Positions 40,481 to 52,566 of a DNA stretch of 64,000 nucleotides are shown in pieces (within the stretch, counting starts at the first letter, position 1; the number at the start of each line of letters is the position of its first letter). The DNA comes from Lobosporangium transversale (lineage: Eukaryota). The notes under the pieces are model-generated. The model ran no database searches, was not told where the DNA came from, and saw nothing but the letters and a program-made list of their open reading frames with translations. The translations under genes were made by a program, and so were the position numbers. The stretch is taken from positions 124,001 through 188,000 of the forward strand of contig NW_019029014.1 of the NCBI RefSeq assembly GCF_002105155.1, given 5' to 3'.

Positions 40481-43400
40481 ACTGGAACTCGTTTGTCTTA
40501 ATTGTGACATGTATATATCAGATATATGCTAACAGTGGTTAATATTGTGATAGGTGGTCATTTAAGAGACGATCGGCCCTGATTCACTTCACATGATCAC
40601 TAAGATCACCCTGACTTTGCATCCGTAACTCATTTAGGAGTATTAGAAGAAGAAGAACTGACTAGCTTGGGGGCCTCAAGCTAACATTATGGAGCCAATG
40701 AAATACACGTTCGCATGATGGAAGACATAATGTCGAACACGAATGCTAATCATCTGAGTGCATATCTATTTGTGTTGTCACAGCGACAACAGTAACAGGA
40801 GAACATTATGACAGAAAAGGCAAAGCCGATTATTTACTTGTTTGCTCCCTTTATTTTATATTGCATTGAATACCCTTCCTTTCCATGGACTATCACTTGC
40901 TCTTGTTCATGCATATTTGTTTATGTTGTCTGTCTTGTGAATAACAGGGTCGAGACTAGTGCAGACAAGATACCATATCTCATGTTACACAAAGAGCTCA
41001 ATACCATTTTGCGCCGTGGAACTCTTTTTCCTCTCTTCCAGTCTCTGTCCTTTGCAGGAGTGCTCTCACTACTTTTCTTGCCCATGTTGTATTCCTGACT
41101 GAGACGCTTTGCCTCATCTTTTTTTTTTTTATTACTTTCCTTTCTAATGCTTCGCCTTTTACCTGGTCCTTTTTTTTTTTTCCTCTCCGAATACGTATGC
41201 CAAAAAGCTTTTTAGATGTACCCATGCTATGTCATGGTAAGTTGATGTCATTATAGTGACCATCAATTGTTTGCCATTCATACACGCACACACCTGAATA
41301 CTTTTTGAACACGATAATATTTGTCCTAGTATGCATCAGAGTATAGTTGCTTCTTCTGCCTCCAGGTCATTATTCCTATACTCCTTCGTAAGGTCAACCA
41401 ATAGAACAATAACCACTGCTCATATTGTGTATCTCCATGACACATAACCTGAACTGCAAAACACCACAATGTCTTCTAATAGCCTGTCTTTGCATTTTCC
41501 CCTGTATTCTCCCCCCAACTAAAGCAACAAAAGTATTATATATAAACAACAGCAATACATAAATAAATAACAATGCTTAAGATGTAAAAAGATTTCATAT
41601 CTTAAAAAATGAAGGGACAGATTCTCTTGAAATGAATACGCCATGATCTCGGCCTATACTCAACAATTCTACACATAAACAAACAAACATGGCGCAACAT
41701 AAGCTCGGCCAACAGATGTCATTAAATATCAACCAGAGGCCCGAGATAACCTAGTCTAGACAGCTGTATCACGGACATCTTGTGAGAAGACGACTTACTA
41801 CGAACATTCAGCAAGTAGTAAGTGTATACACATGTCTTATATACTACACTAATGTTGGAAAAAAGTAGACTGATAAGCTGTTGGAGAACTTCCATGCAGC
41901 CGCTGCATGTATATTCTCCAAACAGAACTCTTTTTTATGTGTTTTGTAGCGCCCAACCAGTCTTTTTTGTATCTTTATAGCATGCATAGTCTATGTCTGT
42001 CTTTTTTTCTTCTGTTAAAACGATATCATATCATTATTCAATAATAGTAATGAGTGGTAACATTACTGACTGATAATGCACTTGAACCAATCATAGGCTA
42101 GCTAACCTGTTAGCTTCTCATTGTTTTTTTGTTTTGTTTTTTGCTTCACATTATATATATATATATATATATATACATATGAATATTGTATATTTATACA
42201 CTTTTTTTTTTTTTTTTTTTTTTTTCTTTCCTCTGTTTATTTAGAAGGGCTGACTCTCCATTGGTAAAAGATAAAAAGAAATTCAGGGTGATCGAGAGGT
42301 TGGCATGGATTATGCTTTATCTTGCTTTAGATACCCATGACTCTGGATGCAGGGCTTAATTAGTTTCATTAAATTAAACACAAGATATATGAATTGCAAT
42401 ACACGTAAAGGATTTCCAATAGTTCAGAGCAGAGCCAAGGTTGTATGGTTTAATTTATATATATATATAATATACTGTTTTTGTTATCGTTGCTGCTATT
42501 GTTGTTGTTGGTGGTGATGGTGGTGTTTTTATAGTTTTTTGCTTTCATTCCATACAACCCTTATTGAACTTTTCTGTGGTTGTTTAGATATGCGCCAAGA
42601 GTTAGAGTTAAAAAGGAGTCATTGTGGACCCAAGTCATGCCACTAAACAAACCTGCAAGGTTTATGCAAGGTACAAAATGAGGTTCAGAGCTTCTCAATT
42701 GCCTGTCGAGAGCAGCTGGGCGTGGAGCTGGACTGGTACAAATAAGAGCGATGATGGGTTATCTTTCGAGCCTCTTTAACCCTTGCCCATGGTTTGCTTT
42801 CCACCCCACAAAACTTTAACGGACACACAAAGAGCCTCGTTCTATTCCTCTCAAAGTTATCTCGAGTCAGACGATGACCTTGTGCAGCCTAAAGTTTTTT
42901 TGTGAGCCATTGAAGATGAACTAAAACGTGAAGATGACGAAAACAAGAAGGGATTTGACTTTTGCTGTGATATAAAGATTCTTTTTATTCTTTTAAAGAT
43001 TCAAACAAATATGAAATATGTCGAATTAAAGATAATTCATTTCATCTAAGACTTCGTTTCTTTTGTAATGCACATGTTTTACAAATATCAATACTACACA
43101 ATATATTATATTGATATTAATATATATTATAAATATATTTATTTACTATATATATATATATATTTCTACATGACCTCGTGGGTACCCGTCATCAAATTAA
43201 AAAAAAAAAAAAAAAAGTAAAAAAAAAAAAGCTATTATATATATATATATATATATATGATTCTATCTCTCGTAGAAATAGAGGAGAAACATGGTTTTAT
43301 CTACTACGCATACACATGGCGTAGTCTATGCAAGATATGGATAGATGAAACAGTTCCAGATAGTACTACGAGTCAAAGAGAATGTGTGTGCTAGATCTAG

Positions 43401-44017
43401 TGACGCCGTCTTCTTGGTGCAACCTGCCGTATGCATGCTCTATCTTTTTCTTCCTGGAGTATGCCTTTAGATCGTATACAGGGCAGGAATGTCTTTTTAA
43501 GCAAGAGTGAAGTGAGAAGTCCAGTTAATACAGTGTTGGTCCCAGACTGGTCTACGCAGATTGATTGTCTACTAATTTTACTTTGTGAGATTAAAATTAA
43601 TGCAAATTAAAACATGTCAATATTGAAATGTCGTCCCATTAGGCGGACACTCCCATGGACATTTCGAAGGATGATTGGTCAGAAATACGTTATCTTATCA
43701 CCCAAAAAGGGTTTGTGTGACGCAAGTAATAAAAAGCATATTCATTCATTTCATACATCACGTTTTATAAGAGAGCAACTTGTCTCAAACTGTAATAAAG
43801 TGACCATTGTTCATCTAAGAAAGCGTAGCGTATGCGGGCAACCTCTTATGACTTTAAGGATGGAGACAAGTACGTAGGCCCTCAAATTTACAAAAAAAAA
43901 AGAAAAGGAAAGGAGAACAAATGGTTGAGGGGGAGCAAGAGTATTATTTGCAAAGCATTCAGAAATGGTGCTAAACTGTGCTTTTACCACTGCTCCTTTT
44001 AAATAAATAAATTAATA

Positions 44018-44057
<40 letters not shown>

Positions 44058-45327
44058 AATAAAAAAGATCACTGCACCGTCTATAACTGAGGCTTCAGCA
44101 CCGAAGAATTATTCTTATGCTTTCAGATAGCCCAGGGCTTGGGACTGACAGTTCCTGAAGAGAGCTCGAGATATCTTGTATAATCCTAGTGGTGTTTAAT
44201 AAGCATGTGCTCTATCTAGTCCGTATTGAGTACGTTCCATCCAAAATTATAAGAGGCTGTCGATCGGAAACCGCGAAATCGCCGGCCAGATAGAGATTAA
44301 ACAGGTTCTTTGTGTGGGAAAAAAGTGTCTCAGAACGACTTTTTTCCTTAAGAAGTGTAACATATAATTTTGAAGAGTATTGAGACATTGTGATAAGCTT
44401 CGCTCGTAGAAACTGTTTTAGATATTAGAACCACGTTTTCTCTATTGTTTTTCCTTCTCGGAAGCTTAACGGATACAATATGTTTTATTAAATAAGATTA
44501 AGAACTTCGGTACCGAGATCCTGTTCCAAATGACCTTTTTTTGGGAGCCACTTGACTGGCTATGTGCGGCACATCAGACACTTTTGTACTCAGAAAAAGA
44601 ATAATAAGAAAAAAAAAGTTATGTCATGGCGAGTCCGTCTACCTGCCTGGATTAGAGACACTTATTTCTCTATCTCTAGAGCCAGCTAAGGCGTTGAGTC
44701 GGGGTGCGGGGCCAAAACAAGGTCCATTCACGGTAAGTCCGCAAGCGGATCAATGACATACCAAGGTCTTTTTGCTCCATGGATAGGATACCTTAAGGTT
44801 CATCCTGGCAGGCTGACAGATTTTTTTTTTTTTTTTTTTTTTTTTGTCAGCTTTTACAGGATGGATGTTTATTCTTTTTTTTTTTTTTTGCAGTTGTTGT
44901 TTGTGTAATTTTCAGAAATGTAAACTATGCAACAACACAACCCACACAAATAAACAAACAAACATGACAGAAGTGAACGGAAAGCATGCATGTAAATAAA
45001 AAGCGAGAGATTACAACAATCTTATTCAGTAGAATTCATTCATTGTGTTATATGAACTGAACCTTGTCCATAAACAAGCATTGCCATAATCTAACAATTG
45101 ATTCATTTCTTTCTTTCTTGCAACCCCTGAGCATATAAAACCCTCCCCTTTTCTCTCTTTCTTTTTGTTCATCTTTCTCTTCCTCCTTTTTTTTCTTTTT
45201 CTTTTTTATAGTCGTTAATAAACTATCCTTACTCCTGCTTCTACTCATTCATCTTCTTCCTCTTTCTCTTCCCTTTGCCTTACTTCTCTCTACTCCATAC
45301 TTTGCTTTCTTCACATCCATTTATTCA

Positions 45328-47170
45328 ATGGCCGATTTCTACGCAGGCATCCTCGAGATGCCATTTCTCTCTGACGACTACTGCTTCCCCTTCGACATCA
45401 CCACTACTTCATCCATCCCTTCCACAGCCGCAGTCTCATCCGCAGCAGTTGTCTCCTCACCCATCACTCCTACATCACCATCGGATTCACTTTTTAGCAT
45501 ATCTTCACCCCAGGACATTCTGATGACAATGCCAGAGATGTCCCAAGAACCCTTACTTGCATACGACGCGCCTGCCGCACTCCAGCAAAAATTCGTTCCT
45601 TCATCCCCTGTTACATCTATTCCTGAGATGTCTCTTGACGTTAACGTTAACTTTGGCAACAACGGCAATAAAATTATCAGTAGTGATGCTAACGTTAACA
45701 ATAACAACAATAGCTGTAGTAACAGCTGGATGACACCAGTGCGCCAGATTCCAATGCAAATGGCTCAAATGGCCTTTACACAATTCCAAGAATATCAGTT
45801 GGAACAAGATCCAGACGTCTTTGCTTTCGGTCCCTCGCCGACCTCATACCTGACGGCCGCCACACAAGCCCTGACTGGTGGTAACTATTTCAATCCTATG
45901 ATCCAAGCTAATGCCCAGCCTGTACAGCAGCAGCAACAGCAACAGCCAAGCCAGCACCAGCCCTTGTGCATCCAACCCAGGGCTCCACAAAGAGGAATGA
46001 TCTCTCCTCCAGAGACACCTTCCTCCACGCCTTCACCGGTTTGCCTCAAGCCCTTGGCGTCTCCTCCTCAGTATGCTCGCCAAATGTCTCCTCTTTCTCC
46101 GGTGACGCACTCGCCTATGGCTGAGATGTCCTTCCCTACTCACATCCAGACCGCGCTCGCGCCCGAGTCTCCTATGTGCATTATACCTTCTAGCCCTGTT
46201 GCAGCGACCCCTAACGGCTTGGTCATGTCTTCAGCTTCAAATGCTGTAACCTCGCCAGTGTCTTCTCCCACATTGATGCAAAACACCCCTACTACGACTG
46301 AGGTTAAGCCTATCAAGGTCACTAAGCCTCGCAAACCCTCTAAAGCTGCAATCAAGGCCGCGGCTGGTATGGGTGTACGTTGCCACAATTGTGGTGCAAC
46401 CGTAACGCCTCTTTGGCGTCGATCTGCTAACAATGAACCCCTTTGTAATGCTTGCGGACTTTACCACAAGCTTCATGCTTCGCATCGTCCAAAGCATCTG
46501 CAGCACTCTATGGGCCATGCTGGTGCTGGCGGAAAGGCTAAGTACGGACCTAAATCTTTGGGTCATTCGTCCGAGGAGCATGATGGTTCATCTGAAGGCA
46601 TGGGCGCGTCCGAATCTGGCGCGACTGGCTCTATGAACGTTTCTCCAGCTCCTCAGCCCATGTGTACCAATTGTAAGACGACATTGACACCTCTCTGGCG
46701 CAAGGATGATGCGGGTGAAATATTGTGCAATGCTTGTGGTCTTTACTACAAACTTCATCACATTCATCGACCCATCTCACTTAAGCGTAATGTGATCCGC
46801 CGCAGATCGCGTTATGAGAACGGCAAGGCGGCTTCGGCTGTGACGGGCTCGATGATGCATTCTGCTGTGAGCAAATCTCATGCAGCAGCGGGCCTTCAGG
46901 CACAATCAACCTTGATGCATGCACAAGCTCAAGCCCAAATCCAGACCCAGGCTCGTCTCCCCATTCAAATCCAAACCCATCCTCAGGCAAATGTCCATGT
47001 CCACGCCCACGCTCATGCGCAGGCGCAGGCGCAGGTGCAGGCACAGGTACAGGTACATGCCCAAATGCAGCAGGCTGCTTCCTCATCTTTTGGTGGTCCA
47101 CAGTCGATTCGTATGCATCCTTATCAAGCTCCTCTCCATATCGACTATGGTGCCCAGCAATTTTCGAGAT

Positions 47171-47172
<2 letters not shown>
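45328..47172 (+). CDS. GATA transcription factor with two CX2C-X17-CX2C zinc fingers
   Basis: [32 protein letters not shown] and [50 protein letters not shown]. Confidence 0.93.
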
Positions 47173-47202
<30 letters not shown>

Positions 47203-47507
47203 CTTCGGGAGAGTGCTATTTTCGTCCGCCTCTCTTTTTTCCTTTATTTGGTCCTATGTAACATCAATGTTTGCCCCTTCTTTGTTTGCAAGTGTTCAAG
47301 TAGCTTTTTTTCCTCTTCTTCGCCAATGTATCATATATCATATATCATCATCATCATTATTATTATTATTATTATTATTATTGCAGAATAAAAATAGCTA
47401 AAACAACGGTAACAAAACAATCAATTGGTTGTCCAAGTAGCTCATGTAGTATCATAGCAAAAACCTGTTTGGAGATGAAGGTTTTTTGTAGGGCAATTTC
47501 TACTGAA

Positions 47508-49001
47508 CTATTTCCTCCCAGATTTCCTGCCTTTGCTCTTATTCTTACTATTGGTGCTCGCGGATGCGGCGTCTGCAGAAGAGGCTGTTGGCTTGATGTA
47601 ACCACACTCATCCAGTAGTTGTCGAGCTGCATTGTTTATATGCTTGAATCGATCTGCACTCAAAGGAATGCCGCCATACCATCTATGCATAACAAAAGGA
47701 AAAGTAAACAAATATAAAAAAGCATGCAGAACCAATATAAGACAAGATACGGAGGAGACCTGTTTAGTATTCAGCATCCTGCAACAACGTCCCGTACGCT
47801 AATGTAATTGTGTTCACGTATTGCAGAGAAATGTTTACCTAGAGACAACGACAACGACATTTTTGACATCCAGGATCGACATGAGGTGAAGTAGCCGACT
47901 TCCAGCAGCAGTCTCACCGTCATCATCGTTGTCTATTAATGGAATGAAATGAGGGTTTAGCATTTAGCTTAAAAATATCTTTCTTTTTTTTCTGAGTTGT
48001 GGAGAGGAAAATAAAAAAAAATCGTGTAATCAGCAGGTCATACCTTGTGAAATGGCTCCATTTTCGTTTTCAACTCGAAAGGCCATGATGTTATGTGTGG
48101 CCTTGATAACTTTCTTGTTTTCCTGCTTCAGCTGCTGAATCATCCAGGGGACTTGACTAGGCTGCGTGATTGGTGCCAAATGAGCAACAAAGACGCTCTT
48201 GCGGTCGATAATCGGGGGACCTGATCGGATGTTAAACGTAGGGACAACAGCGCTACCAGCCGTCTTAATTGGCACTCGTGGACTGTGAGGATGGTCATGG
48301 ATAGATAAGGATGAGAGTGAGGATGAGGCTTCATCCATAGAAAAGTAGTCCGAGGCTGCTCTTAAACCCTCTGAAGTGTGGGAGTCATCAACATCATTTT
48401 CATCATTATCATCACCGCTGTCATCACCATCGATTCCATCAGCCTCCTCGTCACCACCATTCACTTGATCTTCGACTTCACCCAAAGCTCCGTCTTTGTC
48501 CTTTTCCTTTTCTTTTTCATTTCTTTCTCCACCATGCTCCATACAGATTTCGAGTCTCTCCAAATATGCTCGCAACCATTCAATCCATGAAAAAATCACA
48601 ACCTCTCCTTGGACGAAGCATTGCTCCAGTCCTTGATCAATTTCCTGGATCATAGCCTGTGTCAGACGCAAACTGCCATAATAGATACTCACAATCTCAT
48701 GGACAGGAGCCGTGGTGTTGGTATCTGGGTACCCTTCTGGAAAATAGATGCGAAGCTCAAGCTCTTTTTTGCTCTTGCTTACGATATTGACATGCGACAG
48801 GTTGTCCTGTTGTTTATTATTATTGTTATTGCTAATAGGATCGTAGTCAAAGTCGGGCTCCTCAAGCGAGACCTTGAGCGCATACACAGGTGGCGTGGCT
48901 GCAGTTGCCTGTTCGGATCCTGCAAGAGCGTAAAACGATGAAGGGCCGTAGATGGAAACAATCGCAAGGGCTTCCTCCTCTAGCGCTGATGAATTATCCA
49001 T
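47508..49001 (-). CDS. YIH1: IMPACT/Yih1 family protein (RWD + UPF0029)
   Basis: RWD LEEEALAIVSIY...FPEGYP; IIDRKSVFVAH; ATHNIMAFRV; DDDGETAAGSRLLHLM; WYGGIPLSADRFKHINNAARQLL, across three exons. Confidence 0.92.
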
Positions 49002-50419
49002 AAGGCGCTCTTGAATTGAATTACAAAAGCAGAGGATGTTGAATCAATTGTCCCTTGCTAGTTCACCATGTTGTTTAAAGTGACTTCACAATCTATGATA
49101 GGGGCACGTGTCACAGAACGACCACATTTGTGTTCAAGTTCTTATAGAAGTAGAGAAAGGATTTTTTTTTTTTCTTTTTTTCCTATTTATTCTATAGACC
49201 TAGTTAGTAATGTGGATTATATGGAGGGTCTATCCGCTGCTCATCCTGATGATCTATGCGCAGTCGCTGTGGATTCACATAGGATGTACCTGAGTTAGGT
49301 CCTTCCATCAGACCTGCTTTCGAAGATGCTGGTCTGAACTTTGCCCGAGACGCGCCCCTGGTAGCTGATTTAGATGCATCTTTCAAGCCAACTCGAGACA
49401 TTTCTCTGGGTTGATGTATATGGGGCCTTTGTCGATATCACGTGGGTTTTAATGCTTTTTAGAACTCTCCTGAGCAGCAGAAGAATCCTCATGACATATT
49501 GGTATCAGCTCAATTTTATAACCAATGTCTATCAGCTGCTTATCCATCCGTATACTCCTTGGTGGCGTTGTAGAGCATGTTCCATGATTAATACCTTTGT
49601 TATATCACCGCTGAGTTGATTTCTCTTCATATTCATACTTGCCAGAAAGAGTTGAGCGTTCCGATATAGAATCATTGTCACCACTCATCGATATCCTTCA
49701 TAATTAGTCGAGGACAATGCTGGTGTCATCGAGCATCGAGTTCGTTGATGCTTATATACATGGATACCTGTAATAGAGTTGTTGACAATATCAAGGGATG
49801 GTGCCTTCTGAACCGGAGTTCCCGACTGCTCAGATTACTCGACCGCTTATGCACATACTTTATGGGCCGATTTATTCTTCTCTTGGCGATACAAGAGTAC
49901 ACCTGCGGTACTCATGTCCAACCCAATGAGTCCCAAGTGCCCAAGGCAAAACTATTGTTTCCTCCTCCTTCCGGATAAGCCGCTGGTTTAGAGGCAGCAG
50001 CGTTGGGCATCCTACACGTCGTGCTCCACTGCATCGTCGTAACATTAAATACCATAATAAGAGATCCTTCAAGAGCCACCAGGAAGGGATCTGTGGCATC
50101 TGCAGTTAACATTATGTTGAAATGATATCAGGAGACTGAATTACATAAAGCCTAGAATTATGCGTTGCGAATGACTGCGAATGAAATAACCTAAAATCTA
50201 TGTATAAATGTGTGTGGATGACAAGGCTGCCGACACTCCCGCTTTTACAGTTCACAGGGATTGTAGAATGGCTCATAAAGGCAGTTCACTTTTTCAATTG
50301 TTTGTCCCGTCCAGCAATAACAGCAAAAAATCTTTTGTGGTCAGCCAATAGGAGGTGAGATCCAAGAGAGGGTGCAATTACATAATTAGATGGCCCTGTC
50401 AAAAACTGAGGGTCCTTGT

Positions 50420-50454
<35 letters not shown>

Positions 50455-51689
50455 TCTGTTAAACCTGGATATAGCGCGGAAGGATTCCCAGGAGGGCAGA
50501 AGCATATAGATTTTGAGGCTGTCGGAGCCAAGCGTTGGGCTGAATACACATGAATAGATCGTCGCTGCAATTACACTACCATTCTTGTTTTACTGCAGCT
50601 GTGTAACTTGATCTTTATTGCCAGCAACGATGAGAGAGGCCAATTTTTAGACACCCTACAGTCTAATTGAGTTTAATGATTAAGCTTCGCCCAAAAAAAA
50701 AAAGTGTGCACTGTTTTTAGTCTAGCCTAGTTTGAAGAAAGCACGCATCTGGAAGCAACAATCTCCGTCATAGTATTTTTAATATTCATATCCCTAGACG
50801 TTAGCTTCAGGGGTAAAAAGACCAACAACAAGGCAAATATTATAGAATTGTGCCACAATTGATTTTCTTTTGCAAGGACGAAGGCAAGATAAACCTAAAG
50901 AATGACGCGCAGACTACCTAAAAAAAAAAAAAAAAAAAAAAAAAAGGTGATATTATATATTATATATTATATTATATATATATATATACAATATCATTTT
51001 TTTCTGGGACTGAATGATATGACATCATTCCCGTAAAGTTTATTTGGTCCTGTGCCTGGATCATATTTTTTTCTCCTTTTTATATTTTTTTTATTGTTGG
51101 TTGACTGATACGTAAAAGAGGTTCAAAGTAACGTCGATAGTTGATTCAATCAGCTCATGCACAATGAAGAGCCTTCATGCTGAGTGAGATAGGGAGTCAT
51201 TGAGGGGCTGGACGCAAGAAAGACATTTTTTCGAGCGTCTCGACTTTACAAACAACATCACAAATAGTAAACAAAAAAGCGTGCCTTTAAATGCTCCTTT
51301 TCTTTCTTGTTTTCTTTCTTTCTTTGTTTGTTTCTTTGTTTGTTTCTTTGTTTGTTTCTTTGTTTCTTTCTTTCTTCTCTCTTTCTTTTCTTTTCTTTTA
51401 TTTCTTTTTTTTTTTTTTTTTTTTTTTTTTTTGCGACTGTCCAATTCTATAGATTACAGAAATATAGACAGATACTGAGGCTGTTTCTCGGTGGAGAACA
51501 TAGTAATCATTATGATGCGAGATGTCATTTTAATGAGGGAACAATAGAAAGACAGTAAATAAATGCAGAATGACACAAGGAAGCAAAAAAAAAACAAAAA
51601 CAGAAACAAAAACAAAAACAAAGACAAAGCAAAAATAATAGGGAACTAAAATAGATACATATTGAAGGATTGGAAGAGGAAAGGCCATG

Positions 51690-52253
51690 TCAAACACGGT
51701 ATTGTGAAGTTAAGGGAAAGGCAATCGCAAAAGTCGGCGGGTCTCCTCCGAGGTATACGCGTGCCCTCGTAGCATACACAAAGTCCTCGCCTAAAATGTT
51801 GATATGTGCAAAATGTGAATCGGCGGGCGATCTAAGCACATGAACTAAGTACCCATTGATCAGAAGTGGTATGCGCATCGACTTTGTCTCGTCCATAACC
51901 TCGCCCACAACAACAATATCCTCTACACCAATAGACCTTAAAGCTTCATCCGACATATATGTTTGAGGAGATACGGCTAAGTAAAGGAAGTGCACATTAA
52001 CTGGCATGGGAGTACCAGACATGGTTGTAATCGCATCTGAAATCTGAACGTGTAGTGAAATGATCGGCCGTAGACTAGCACCCATAGTTGTACCCCTGAC
52101 AAGCTTTTGGCTCCTTTTATCGGTTACTTGCTCAAGATATTGTTTGCCTAGTAACTTTGAGGCTGTTCCTTTGAGATCCGCGGCTGCAATATCTTCAAAA
52201 TCTGCACATAAAGTATCAAAAGTCGAGTTGTCTGCCATGGGGATGAGGCACAT
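51690..52253 (-). CDS. Retropepsin-fold-like hypothetical protein with degenerate catalytic motif
   Basis: VHFLYLAVSPQTYMS sits where FLxDTGS would be expected; downstream INILGEDF (ILG motif). Start uncertain (52253 or 52238). Confidence 0.5.
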   Translation of the reverse strand: MCLIPMADNSTFDTLCADFEDIAAADLKGTASKLLGKQYLEQVTDKRSQKLVRGTTMGASLRPIISLHVQISDAITTMSGTPMPVNVHFLYLAVSPQTYMSDEALRSIGVEDIVVVGEVMDETKSMRIPLLINGYLVHVLRSPADSHFAHINILGEDFVYATRARVYLGGDPPTFAIAFPLTSQYRV

Positions 52254-52566
52254 GGGAGTAATATGATTAAAATAGTATTGAAAAAGAGAGAAGGAGAAAG
52301 AACATGAGTTGTGAATGTGGTGAATGGAGAGAATGAATGAGACCAATAAGAAATGAGACAAGACAAAATTGGAAAAAGGAGGCGAAACGTTGCATTCGTG
52401 TGTACAAAAATATACTTTCCTGTATTTAAAAATGGTGGCGTTTCTTTTCAGTGTCACCACAAAAGAGAGCTTTGTAATAACAATCTATCTTTTACATTGA
52501 CAAACCCATCTACCCATCTATCATTAGCAAGATCAAGGGTGTTAATGGTACATTCACCAAATTAGA

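Noticed and set aside
51175..51558. K-rich and F-rich ORFs
   Set aside because: Translations of (TTTC/TTTG)n and poly-T simple repeats.
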